Shown piece after piece: positions 53,502-64,000 of a stretch of DNA of 64,000 bases. The notes beneath the pieces were generated by a model that was not told the DNA's origin, did no database searches, and saw only the letters and a program-made list of their open reading frames with translations. This DNA comes from Psilocybe cubensis (taxonomy: Eukaryota): NCBI GenBank assembly GCA_017499595.2, contig CM039008.1, positions 2,542,001-2,606,000 of the forward strand. Reading direction: 5' to 3'. How positions within the stretch are numbered: position 1 is the first letter of the stretch; each line of letters begins with the position of its first letter. A program made the position numbers and the translations under genes.

Positions 53502-55046
53502 TCAAGTTGCAGTATAATTAGGAGGCACCTCAATAACAACTGTATTTGAGGTGGCAACCTGCGGGGAAGTTGGAGACACCCTGCTATCCCGTTGAGAACT
53601 GTGGGTGGATGCCGACATCGATGGGGTTCTTATTGTATTTGGAGAGCTGGCTTCTACGTGTGAGCTAGTAGATCGAAGCATCTGTGCTTTGCTGGGTCGA
53701 GATACGATCGATTGGAGGTTTGATGATGATGCTTGCTGAGACGCGATCATATCCCTCTTGGACGGAGTTTGAACCTCGCTAAACAGCGATCTTTCCGACG
53801 GTGGATCAGTAAATGGTGTGATATCCATCTGGCTTGGTTCCTGATCCTTTTCGACCTTTGGTGGACTATCTTTCATGTTCCGACGACGTCTTTTCCACAG
53901 AAAAGCGCCCAGGAGAAGGAGAGCGAAGGCAACCACCGCGACTATGCTCCCGACTACAGCACCTATGATGGGTGACGTGCTATTGTGACCACCAGGTAAG
54001 GATCCTGGTGTCGCGGAAGCCGTATTCGATACCGATGGACCAGACGCGCTGCTTGTTGGGCTAATAAGAGGGGAATCAACATTCTTCGCGTTCCGCACGA
54101 GGATATAGGATAGACTCAGGGGCGTCCCAGTAGAGCTACCTATTATCAGCCCAGTGCCCGAGTTAGGATCTGCGCCTTGGAACTCGACCTCAAGATGGTG
54201 CTCGCCCACTGTGTCCTGTGAAGCCTGGAAGAAGATTTGATTGAAGAGAACAGGCGTACTGATAGAGGCGACGTTATTGATAGTAAAGTTGACAGGTGTC
54301 CCTCCATCGATCCTATAGGTACCTGTTGATGCACCCCGCGCAAGACTATTGTTGTAGGTCCCAATCCATGCAATCGAGCTCCCTAGTTTAAAAAAAAAGG
54401 AATTGAAAAAAGAACACAAGGAAGATATAATAGCCCACGCACCAAAGAAGTCGAATGACAACTTGGCACCCTTCTGGTCCGTGAATGTACCAATGCTACT
54501 TAATTGCCAGTCCTGCCCACTATACACCATACTAGGGTCCGTAGCAGTAAACATGAAGTCTCCCGTGAGGACTCTAGCGGACGGCGTGTAGGTGATATAG
54601 TCAAACCAAGCTAACGCACCATCCGCCCCTCCCAGATCCACGGAAACGAACAACGAGTGCGGCCCGTCCGTCAAACTAAATTGTCCCTGCACTGGGGAAC
54701 ATATTTCGACAAGATGTGTTCCAGAAGTAGGAAAAGGACGAGTCGGTATCTGAAGCCCATCCACAATGCATGTCCATTTCGGTGTCAAGAAGTTGAGCAG
54801 GAGACCCCACACCGAGAAATCTGAGCCTATTGACGAGGAAAATGAGGTATCTGTATCTGAGGTCGTACTTTTAAACTTACCATTGAATGCAAAAGTAAAG
54901 TTTTGCGCGTCAGACGCTGCGTGGGCCGTATTAAACAAGGCTGGGCCGTCGCCTGAGATGGAGATGGAGAGAAGCCGATTTGTCCACCCACTGCTATACC
55001 GAATGCTGGGAGAAGTGTCGTCCACAACAATACGGTGCAAGGACAT
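53502..55046 (-). CDS. Single-pass membrane protein with two 'DD' beta-sandwich repeats and PPxY tail (paralog B1)
   Basis: MSLHRIVVDDTSPSIRYSSGW...AWFDYITYTPS; second repeat TDPSMVYSG; TM followed by WKRRRR; ends EVPPNYTAT*; introns 54827-54880 and 54383-54442. Confidence 0.82.
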   Translation of the reverse strand: MSLHRIVVDDTSPSIRYSSGWTNRLLSISISGDGPALFNTAHAASDAQNFTFAFNGKFKSTTSDTDTSFSSSIGSDFSVWGLLLNFLTPKWTCIVDGLQIPTRPFPTSGTHLVEICSPVQGQFSLTDGPHSLFVSVDLGGADGALAWFDYITYTPSARVLTGDFMFTATDPSMVYSGQDWQLSSIGTFTDQKGAKLSFDFFGAWAIISSLCSFFNSFFFKLGSSIAWIGTYNNSLARGASTGTYRIDGGTPVNFTINNVASISTPVLFNQIFFQASQDTVGEHHLEVEFQGADPNSGTGLIIGSSTGTPLSLSYILVRNAKNVDSPLISPTSSASGPSVSNTASATPGSLPGGHNSTSPIIGAVVGSIVAVVAFALLLLGAFLWKRRRRNMKDSPPKVEKDQEPSQMDITPFTDPPSERSLFSEVQTPSKRDMIASQQASSSNLQSIVSRPSKAQMLRSTSSHVEASSPNTIRTPSMSASTHSSQRDSRVSPTSPQVATSNTVVIEVPPNYTAT

Positions 55047-55476
55047 TGCGGCGTCTCACAGCTCAGTTATCGTCGGGGGAAAGGACCTGAAAATCCCAGC
55101 CTAGTTTTTCAATATCAGCGATTTACGGCACACGCGCCAAGACTTCCACGAGCTCTGTATAACCACCGTGATGGCAGATATCCCTTGACATCGCAGGTAT
55201 CCAGGTTGTATATATTCCTTGTGTGTCCGTTTCACCTGATTTCAACACCATTTCAACCTCTTTTGGTCACAGTGAAAAGGTGGGGAACTGTTTACCCGAT
55301 GCCCACCGAAATGTGAGCTGTCAGTTCGACAAGGCGTCCTGTCAGATAAAATACTATGAAGCATTGATGGTAATAGGATAGTGTGGAACCGTTGACTATT
55401 TAGAATCTGCCACTTGAATGAATTCAAGGTGCCTAGTAAAGGCCGCAGCCTGTTTCAAGTATGGGCTTGACCATTT

Positions 55477-56955
55477 TCATGGCATCTTCATAGTATCGTT
55501 ATACTGAGGTGGATTATCTGTGGCTGAGCTTTCTGGCTGATCAAAGGCATGAGGATATCGGATCCCACTGTCTTGGTGCACCACAACTGTTTCCCGGGGA
55601 AGGGAATGCTCTTGGACGGAAGTAGGAAATGAGATAGGCTGAGGAGAAATCGAAGGGGAAGCGTCGGTGGGATCGGAAACTGGGGAATGGGCTGGCTCTT
55701 GTCTTGTCTTTTCCTCGTCATCACGTGCACCTGGAAGTCCATAGGTATATCCGTGAGCGCCTGTCATATTATTCTGTGCTCGACGTCGTTTTTTAGAGCG
55801 TTGAAACAACAAGAAGCAGACTAAACATGAGATGATTGCCAGAGCAGCAACACAACCTCCGATAATGGCACCTAGAGGCCGTCCTTGTTCCTGGCGGTTA
55901 CCAGGACTACTGGACGGAAGACTTGATATCGAGCTTGTATCCGTTGGGGAAGTCTGTGACTGAAGAGGAGGTACAGGACTAAGAGCAAAATCCAATGTAC
56001 TGTTCTGAATGAGAATATTCAACAGAGACAATGGGGTCGTACTGCTTTTGTTGATGACGCGCAGACTGTGCTTTCCACTGGGGTATTGTTTGGTCTGGAA
56101 GAAAACCTGATTACTAATTGTCTGGGGTCCATTGACGAGATTGACTGTGGGTTTGCGATAGGTGAACTCTATAGGAGGTTCTCCGTCAACAGAGTAGGTT
56201 CCTCTTACGGAATCGTCAAAGCGACTGGTATTGGCGTATCCAAACCAAGTGATAGACTTTCCTATGGACTGCATCAGCAGGTTCGGAGCTCGTATTGGAA
56301 ACGAGACAGACCATAGAAGTCGAAATCAAGTGTTGCGCCGTCTAGAAACCCAGTGGTCCCACTTTGTTTGTTATCTAAATCACCCCACCATCCATCGCTA
56401 TATCTGATTTGGTGAGAGGTCCAATCAACCTGGGTGTCTCCAAAACTCGTTGACACAGAATTGGTCGAAGGGGTGAAATATATGAAGTCAAACCAGATAG
56501 GATTGTCCTTTGTTCCATTCACAGATACACTGATTTCGTGTTGGCCGTCCGACAAGGTGAGGTCCGTCGCATAACATGCAGTTTGTCGATTAGCATCAAC
56601 AGAAAGACCATTCCATGTCGAAGTGGAATCACTCATCCTGGTACCATCAAGAGTACAGGTCCATGACGTTGGAATCCGCGTATAAGTTCCAGTAACCACA
56701 ATAGTTCCTGTGAAGCCTCCTGGATTTTCTCTCCATTAACATCTGAAGGAGAATGAATATATATAAGACAGTACCGTTGAATATATATGTGAAGCTACTT
56801 TTAGATGTAATCGCCCCATGCAGTGTTCCATATATGGGGTCGCCAATGGCACCGATATTGGGTGAGATGGAATTCTGTAGGTCACTGATCCAGCCATCGG
56901 AGTATTGTATAGCAATGTCTGTATCATCAACTATGGTGGAGTTTACGGCTTGCAT
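55477..56955 (-). CDS. Single-pass membrane protein, tandem paralog B2
   Basis: MQAVNSTIVDDTDIAIQYSDGW...IWFDFIYFTPS; TM LGAIIGGCVAALAIISCLVCFLLF followed by QRSKKRRR; VHQDSGIR...NPPQYN; 3 exons. Confidence 0.82.
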
Positions 56956-57232
56956 TTTTAGATGGAGGCGCGAGATCCTTTTAAAACGCTCACACCTAGC
57001 GGTTGTGAAGAAGTAAACAATCAGAAAGAGAGAGAGCTCGCGGTGTTATCGTAATTTCGGAGAAGAAATATTCAATCTCCGATTGAACAATTAAGTTCGT
57101 AAAATGCCTTGCACTGCAGCCATGGTTATTCAAGCTGAAGCTATCATCTTATTAATTTGTATTTCTTTATTATCATTGTTTAGAGCCCACGTAAAATCTT
57201 CAAGCTTCAAGGTTGAGAGGCTCCAAATTGAT

Positions 57233-57233
<1 letters not shown>

Positions 57234-57272
<39 letters not shown>

Positions 57273-58900
57273 GTGGAGCGTTGATATTAGTTTCCTAACA
57301 TCAGCTCTTTCGTGCGCGATTTATCGACACTCAGAGCCCGCTAGTTGTTTACAAGGACTGACGACCTTGAGAAATTTCCATAACCAGATTCACCTTGGGG
57401 AAATGCCTTTAAGCACTCTGTGTGGGACTCAAGACAAAACCTATGACCTGACGCATGCACACCCCCATACTTACCTCCCACGCCTTCGTCCGTCTTTACT
57501 TCTCGGTTCAATACCCACTAAAACCCCATATCTCCCTGTCCAATCTCTGGGCAGGTTTCCCTCATCTCGTAGGGTGCCTCGCCAGGTGTTTAGAACAACC
57601 TTCTTTTTCAAGGCTTTTTTTCCATATTTTGGTCTAGTTAATATCGAGTCCAACTCTAATCTCGAGTTAATCGTCTTTAACCACTTATTATGAATCTCAA
57701 TTCCCGTTGCCTGTTGTTGGCCCTCGTGCTTGATGACTGCGTCGCATCGTATTTTCCAGATTAGGTAAGCTGATTCTGTCATCAGAATGCGAAGCAATCT
57801 CGCTTCTCCTTCAGCGTTATCCAACATTTTACCCTTTGGCTTTTCTCGTCTAGTTGGTCTCGTACTCAGTATTATCTCTTCTAGCGTCGCATTGGGCCAG
57901 GGTTTGTTAGTTCTCATTCCCCACAGTTCTCTAGCCAGGTTCCACACTTGAGCTTGGCCGGATGCACTGCACTTTTCAATGATGTGAGTCATAGTTTCAG
58001 TCCCTTGCCCACATTGCCTGCATTTACTCCGTTCCTGGTATTCAGCATTAAATCCTGGCTTGAGCCAGTTGTCGCCTACCATATACCCATCGTGTATCAC
58101 CAACCATAAGAAATTTCGGATTGATCTTGTAATGTCTTTGCTACGAATTGAGCCCCATATCTGGGTTGCTTTGAGGTTTGCCTCGCCTTTTTCTTGAGCC
58201 ATCGCCTCAATTCTTTTTAGGTTCACGGTAGTCTGGCGTCGTTCCGCATAACCCTTAGATTTGTGTCGTCTGACCAGTTTGTACGCGGTTGCTTGGGTCA
58301 GGCAGCTTAGATTGGCACCTGATAGTGTCCAGCCGTTTGCAATTTCCGTGTTTATTTCAACAGTATCTTGCTGAAGTGCGCCTTCGTCAGCGAGCGCGCT
58401 TGCTGCTTCGTCTCTTTGGTTAGGGCTTCTATCTCCTTTCCACACTATTACTGGCTCATGTCTTAGATATCGCAGGCTAGCTACCGTTGCTCGGACTAGG
58501 TCTTCATTTGGGACCCCTAAGTATCCTCTTAGCTCATTTTCTGAGACATTGATAGTCAGGTCTTTTACAGTGTGTAACGAGTCTAGCTCAACTGTCAATT
58601 TCTCTGAGCTCAATGTGCGATCAGCAAGTAATTTCGTGGCGACTAATTCACCCACTCTGTTAGTATGTTCAGCACCCTTTGGGAGTCGCAATTTTATGTT
58701 TTCCGGGTCGTTTTCTTCCCTAACAATTCCTACTCCAGTTGTCTGAGTCTCTTTAAAGGCAATAGTGCCTATAGTGGCTCTCACCTCAACGGTGTCCGCA
58801 CCTATTGGGGCTTGTACACGTGGCATGGTGTTGTCTATATTTCCTTCCGTGAAGACTCGAAAAATATTTGCGACTGTACCACTTGTTTCGGACAGTCTAC
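57234..58900 (-). mobile_element. 5'-truncated non-LTR (LINE) retrotransposon with poly(A) tail and 13-15-bp TSD
   Basis: 38 T at 57234-57271 (poly-A on the minus strand). CTCCAAATTGATG(TT) occurs at 57221-57233 and 58901-58913. ORF encodes an RNase H-like region and a C-terminal CCHC finger. Confidence 0.93.
57471..58898 (-). CDS. 3' part of LINE ORF2/pol (RNase H-like domain plus zf-RVT-like CCHC finger), open to the truncation point
   Basis: Intron-less frame RLSETSGTVANIFRVFTEG...TNRVGELVA...ELDS...IWGSIRSKDITRSIRNFLWLVIHDGYMVGDNW...CRQC...ETMTHIIEKC...AYLIWKIRC. Confidence 0.85.
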   Translation of the reverse strand, partial: RLSETSGTVANIFRVFTEGNIDNTMPRVQAPIGADTVEVRATIGTIAFKETQTTGVGIVREENDPENIKLRLPKGAEHTNRVGELVATKLLADRTLSSEKLTVELDSLHTVKDLTINVSENELRGYLGVPNEDLVRATVASLRYLRHEPVIVWKGDRSPNQRDEAASALADEGALQQDTVEINTEIANGWTLSGANLSCLTQATAYKLVRRHKSKGYAERRQTTVNLKRIEAMAQEKGEANLKATQIWGSIRSKDITRSIRNFLWLVIHDGYMVGDNWLKPGFNAEYQERSKCRQCGQGTETMTHIIEKCSASGQAQVWNLARELWGMRTNKPWPNATLEEIILSTRPTRREKPKGKMLDNAEGEARLLRILMTESAYLIWKIRCDAVIKHEGQQQATGIEIHNKWLKTINSRLELDSILTRPKYGKKALKKKVVLNTWRGTLRDEGNLPRDWTGRYGVLVGIEPRSKDGRRRGR

Positions 58901-59361
58901 CTCCAAATTGATGTTACCCAAATGGACATATAAATAATTGTAACGATCATGTGACTGCCCTTAAACGCGCGCGCGTATTTAGGCACAAGGCGTGGCATGT
59001 CCGGAAGTTCGCAATCCCCGGGATGTGTTCAACGCTCATCTGTAGTTAAAGCTACTTTAAACTTAGATAGACTCTATCCGTCACTTTACCAGATTCACGA
59101 CGGAGTTATTTTTAGCGCCGTCCTAGTATACCGTTAATACCCCACAGATGCGAGTATTTATATCAAATTACCGAACTAAACCATACATCAGGAGTGAGCA
59201 AGTAGTGAGCAAGCTAGGTGCGCATGAATTTTTTTATTTTTATTTTAATTTTTGAGCTGCTCAATGTGTGCATACATAATACCAACACGCAAAGCCTATA
59301 TATATTATACTAAATTTGCTAAATTATCTCTATGGTTATGCAAAATATTTTTCTCTATCAG

Positions 59362-60634
59362 TTACGCGGTAATGCTGACTTTCAGCTGTTCCCTTGTAAT
59401 ATATGCGGCATCTCGGGGTTGGAGTGTGATCTTTCGGGTTTTCTGTATCAGCATACCCTTGTCACCGTAGTATCTCTTTGTCTCGTAGCTCCAGGCATCG
59501 TATCCGCGAACACATCTTCCCACAAGGTCGAAAAATTCGTGAACCCCGGCGTCGACTTCGGGGCCCCAAGATGGTAGCTTTCTTCGATCAGAGTTGAATT
59601 TGGAAATGGTTTTGGTCGCGTATCCTGAGAGCCAGTAAAGGGCCTCTTGTAGGTCGAGATTGTATTCCTTCATGATGGCTGTAACGACGTTGTGGCCATC
59701 CAGACCTCTGGAGTGCTCCAGGCCATATGAGTGCATATCCTATCAAATAATCCAAGTTAACCTCCGTAATCGCTCTCTCTGTATTCAACCGAAATAATAC
59801 ACATACATTGGTGATGGCGATGAGGTCGGTGGCAGCTTCCAGCATCGAAGCAACCAAAGAATTATCAAACACGTCATTGGGCAGATTCAGTCCGAGAGCA
59901 TAAAATGAGAAGCTCGGTTTTGCACCACATGTATCGCGTCGAAGAATCAAGTAATCCTCCACGCTTCTAACGTGGCCCACAGATCGATCATCTGCTTCCT
60001 GGATTATGGATGTTGTGTATGCATCAAAATCGGCAATGAATCTCTCAAATCCGGGTCTGTCGTCTCCAACAACATCCACAGTTCTCTGGAAAAACCTACG
60101 GAAATTTTAGAATAAAATTATGTTAAAGTAAAGATATTCGTGACTCACTGTCGAGCCATTTCGATTAATTTGCTATCGGATGGTTTCGAAGTGTCCCTGA
60201 AGGCATCCATAACATCCTTAGAGATTTGTAAGGCTTCTTCCCGATTGGCCAAGTCGGTGTACTCGTCGAAAGCAAAGTAAAAGTTCATCAAGTCGCACGA
60301 GATGCGAAGATGATCTTTGGATAGTGGGGTTAGTTTACGGCCAGACACGATGATCAATATGCAATGTACATACCTTTACTCCTTAGTGGCCCAATAAGAG
60401 CTCCAAGTAGATCTAGACGATATGCTTATTAAAATCCAGCTACCGGCGTGTGGGGAATGGGTCAAACATACTGAAGTTACATGCTTTGAATTTTTTGAAT
60501 TGTGATGGATCGAACAGTTCCAGCGACTGGACCCATGCATTTGCCTCCTCTTCGACCTCGCTCAGAGAAGCATTGATGGATCTTGGCCATGGCCACGTAG
60601 CAAGGAGGTCGGGAATAAAATATTGACGAGTCAT
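59362..60634 (-). CDS. Class I terpene synthase (linalool/nerolidol-synthase-like), copy 1, 5 exons
   Basis: IPDLLATWPW, metal motif FYFAFDEYTD, LRRDTCG, NSE motif NDMHSYGLE, RYYG; ends QLKVSITA*. Confidence 0.92.
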
Positions 60635-61875
60635 GATGTGCGTGTAGTAGGTCCCTTTTCTGCAGTGAGTTACTAGACAAGGTGGTGGACAATGCTCCTG
60701 TTGGCCTCAGTGACTGAAAGATGATTGGATTTTATACTCCAGAACAACAAGTTAGCAGTCCTGGCGTGTGCACTGCTTTCAAGAAGTAATTGTACTTCCG
60801 TGCCGTCGATTGCTATGTGGGGTAACCTCCCTGATGTACGGAGAATACATGTCCCGATGTAAACGATAACTACGAACTAAAAATAGAGTTTCAATAATTG
60901 CAGAAGTCACACAAGTACATAGAAGTTTAACCGCAATTTACATGTCTACACAGACTATTATTACCTCAAACATTTATATTCGCATGGAGTATATCTGAAT
61001 GTAGGGTACACGGTCCCTGACCTATAACATCTTTTTTCCGAAATTTATCGGAGTCAGCCAACATTGCATATCTGGGTGCAAAGGGCAGATTAAGCATATT
61101 ATCTTTCATCAAGAATAAGATCCATCGGTGGCAATGATTTTACACGATGTCAGTGCCAATTTAGGATGAGGACACTTATGTAACAACGGTGGTTCTTGGG
61201 CAGTCCTCAACGGCGGTGAGTCCTGATCAAAGATACCAGATTCAGACGGTGCAACCTTTAGGCATCCCACGGCAATGGGCTAGAAGCTGTCCCTTTCTGA
61301 GCTTGGATTTTTCTTTCTTTTTTTTGGAATATGGTTAGTATCGTGTAACAAGCAGTTGAAGTGTAGTAAGACACGCAGATAAGTGTTGCTCACCTTCCTC
61401 GGCTAATGTATCTACTTTGTTCTAACTATCGGGATTGTATATCTAACGGACAGGTGTAGGTGTATGTTTGTATCATTGGTGTTTGGAGTGGACTTATCTT
61501 GAACGGTCAAGGTTGCTCGCGTTAGCGAAGACCGGGATTTCTAAGTGCCTGTTTCCAAATGTGGGTATGCGGGAAGGTCTGTGCAGAACTTCATTTTCTC
61601 TCAAATTATAAATAGTTTATGGATATTTTGGGTATTGAGTATTGATTATCTGACTAATTTCCTAAATTGTACCGTGTAGTGACATTCGCTGTTACTATTA
61701 GTGAGCAGTCTTAGACTGAAATGAGATCATTGGTTGGCTAAAAACAGTATTTTAGGACCAGGCACAAAATCAGATTTGATTTCCATGCAAGAACATTTGA
61801 TTGCAATAAATAGTATTAATCGACGTTATCTCTGTCTTCGATCAAAATACATCCACTAGTGTTTGTTCTTTCAAG

Positions 61876-63140
61876 CTACGCTAAGCTGCTTTGAAGCTGT
61901 TCCTTGGTAATATATGCCCCATCACGAGGTTGAAGTGTGATCTTCCTCGTCTCTTGTACTTTTAGACCATTTTCCCCATAGTATCGGTTAGTTTCGTAAC
62001 TCCAGGCGTCGTAGCCACGAACGCAGCGCCCTACCCGCTCGAAAAACTCGTAGACGGCAGCATCCACGTCTGGTCCCCATGAGGGAAGCTTTTGCTTGTC
62101 AGACAGGAATTTAGAGATAGTTTTTGTGGCATATCCAGAAAGCCAGTATAGAGCTGCTTGTAAATCGACCCGATATTCCTTCATTATTGCGGTGATAACG
62201 TTGTGACCATCAAGCCCCCTGGAGTATTCAAGACCATATGAATGCATATCCTGTAGCAGCGCATCATATTAGACGTGTGATTATTTCAGAGAGATTTAGT
62301 TCTTACGTTTGTGATGGCGATGAGGTCCGTTGCCCCTTCCATCATTGAAATTACCAAGGGGTGAGCAAACACCTCGTTTGGTATTTTCAGACCAAGGCCA
62401 TGGAATGAGAAACTCGGTAATGCTCCACAAGTATCGCGACGGAGAATAAAATAGTCTTCCACGGATCTGATATATCCTTCTACTCTATCATCCGCTTCCT
62501 GAATGATGGAGCGAGTATAGGCATCGAAGTCTGCAATAAATCTTTCAAATCCGGGTTTGTCCTCCCCCACAACATCAATGGTTCGCTTAAAGAATCTAAG
62601 GCAAAATGAATAATGTGTGCAATCCTTGAAAGATGTTAATACTCACTGACGCGCCATTTCGATCAGCTTGTTGTCAAATGGAACGTCTGTATGGTGGAAC
62701 GCATTCATAACGTCCTTCGCAATTTTCATCGCTTCATCCGCATCGGCGAGATCGGTGTACTCGTCAAATGCGAAATAGAAGTTCATCAAGTCACAAGATA
62801 TGCGAAGATGATCTAGTGAAAATAAAATATTCAGCATGGTTTCTCAGCATATACATCTATACAAACCTTTTCCCTGTAAGTGTCCTACAAGTGCTCCGAG
62901 ACGGTCTGATGGACGAAACATGGAATATAAGCACACCTCCCGTGATCAGTTGTGTCGTAGATCAGGAAACTCACTAAAATCGCAGCCTTTGAATTTTTTG
63001 AACTGGGAAGGATCGAAAAGGTCCAACGATTCAACCCATTGGTTTGCTTCGTTGGTGACTTCTTCGAGGTTTGGGTCAATGATACGTTTCCAGGGCCAGT
63101 TAGCCAAGAGATCAGGGATCACGAATTCAGTGGAAGACAT
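61876..63140 (-). CDS. Class I terpene synthase (linalool/nerolidol-synthase-like), copy 2, 5 exons
   Basis: MSSTEFVIPDLLANWPW, FYFAFDEYTD, LRRDTCG, NDMHSYGLE, RYYG; same intron positions as copy 1. Confidence 0.92.
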
Positions 63141-64000
63141 TGTGAGTGCGTTGACTATGAATGGAAGTTCAAAGAAAGCTTGGGAGAGGATGAAGCATAG
63201 TGAGTAGACCGACTGGATTTTATATCTCAGAGGCACCGTTCCACCGTGGTGTATTTCTCGGCCAAGATGACCTCAAATGGCTCGATGACATCGGCACAGT
63301 TTGCATCCTTGCTGGCATACAACACTGTTTACAATGCTCACGCCAATAACAGAAATTAAGTCAAGTACAATGTAACTCCGATCGGCTTTACTTGGGCCGG
63401 CACCAAAGCTTCCTGGACTATCTAATGCGGATTGAAGCAGCTTGCGTTTCCCGCTCTGGCGCTTATCTTTTCATCGCGTTGTGGCTTATTGTGAGAGTGA
63501 TCTACTGCTCTCTCCATGCCTTAGATTTGCACTATGCCAAAAAATCTTACTTCCTCGGTAGTGCTCCTCACATCCTTCAAGGATCAGTTATCGCTCATAC
63601 CATTGAATCGACAATCCCTTCCAACGTTTTCACAATGTCGCCGGAGTATTCCAGTCCGGATATCGTGTACAGCATTCGGTCCATATACTATTCTGCCGAC
63701 TTCGAACAGGCGAAAGACGAAGGTAAGTGGTCATCGGAACCATTTATTATCGAGCAGATTGAAATGAAATCATGGATGTTTGTGCACTGCATGCGCCATG
63801 ACAACTGTGGGGAATGCCGATGTTGGTATCGCCGACAGGCTTTCCTCTGCTTGTCTAAATTTGAACTTTTGACGTGTATGTGAATCATTCATCAATATTA
63901 TTAGAAATGCTACCACACGCAAATTATCAAGGCAGTTAATTTCGGGTCTTCTACATGAGACCCATAATAAATCATAGATATGCTTAACTTTGAAGCGCGG

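Noticed and set aside
22686-63140. A single secondary-metabolite cluster linking the MFS transporters and terpene synthases
   Set aside because: They are ~28 kb apart, separated by unrelated genes, with no tailoring enzymes or cluster regulator.
1-64000. CRISPR arrays, tRNA or rRNA genes, prokaryote-type systems
   Set aside because: Sequence is eukaryotic with spliceosomal introns; no repeat-spacer array, cloverleaf or rRNA signature was seen by eye.

Overview
Intron-rich, gene-dense DNA from a mushroom-forming basidiomycete (probably Agaricales), with GT-AG introns mostly 45-70 nt long. About 20 protein genes can be rebuilt by hand: an amino-acid permease, a Pil1/Lsp1 eisosome BAR protein, two tandem pairs of signal-peptide-less single-pass receptor-like proteins with PPxY tails, two GH55 exo-beta-1,3-glucanases, three tandem DHA1-type MFS transporters (the third lacks its 5' exons), an RTP1-like secreted cysteine-rich protein, a large Pro-rich F-box-like protein, a small Qc-SNARE, an F-box/LRR protein, a stand-alone tyrosinase C-terminal domain, an Ecm14-like pseudo-carboxypeptidase and two tandem terpene synthases of the linalool/nerolidol type. 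Structural highlights: (1) an apparently exact 937-bp inverted copy (28402-29338) of an exon segment at 37773-38709 sits where the start of MFS3 should be; (2) a 1181-bp solo LTR with an ATTAT target-site duplication (20643-21823); (3) a young 5'-truncated LINE with a 38-nt poly(A) tail, a 13-15-bp TSD and a degenerate RNase H (57234-58900); (4) 3-, 14- and 15-nt microexons. All calls come from reading and motif recall; no database search was run.
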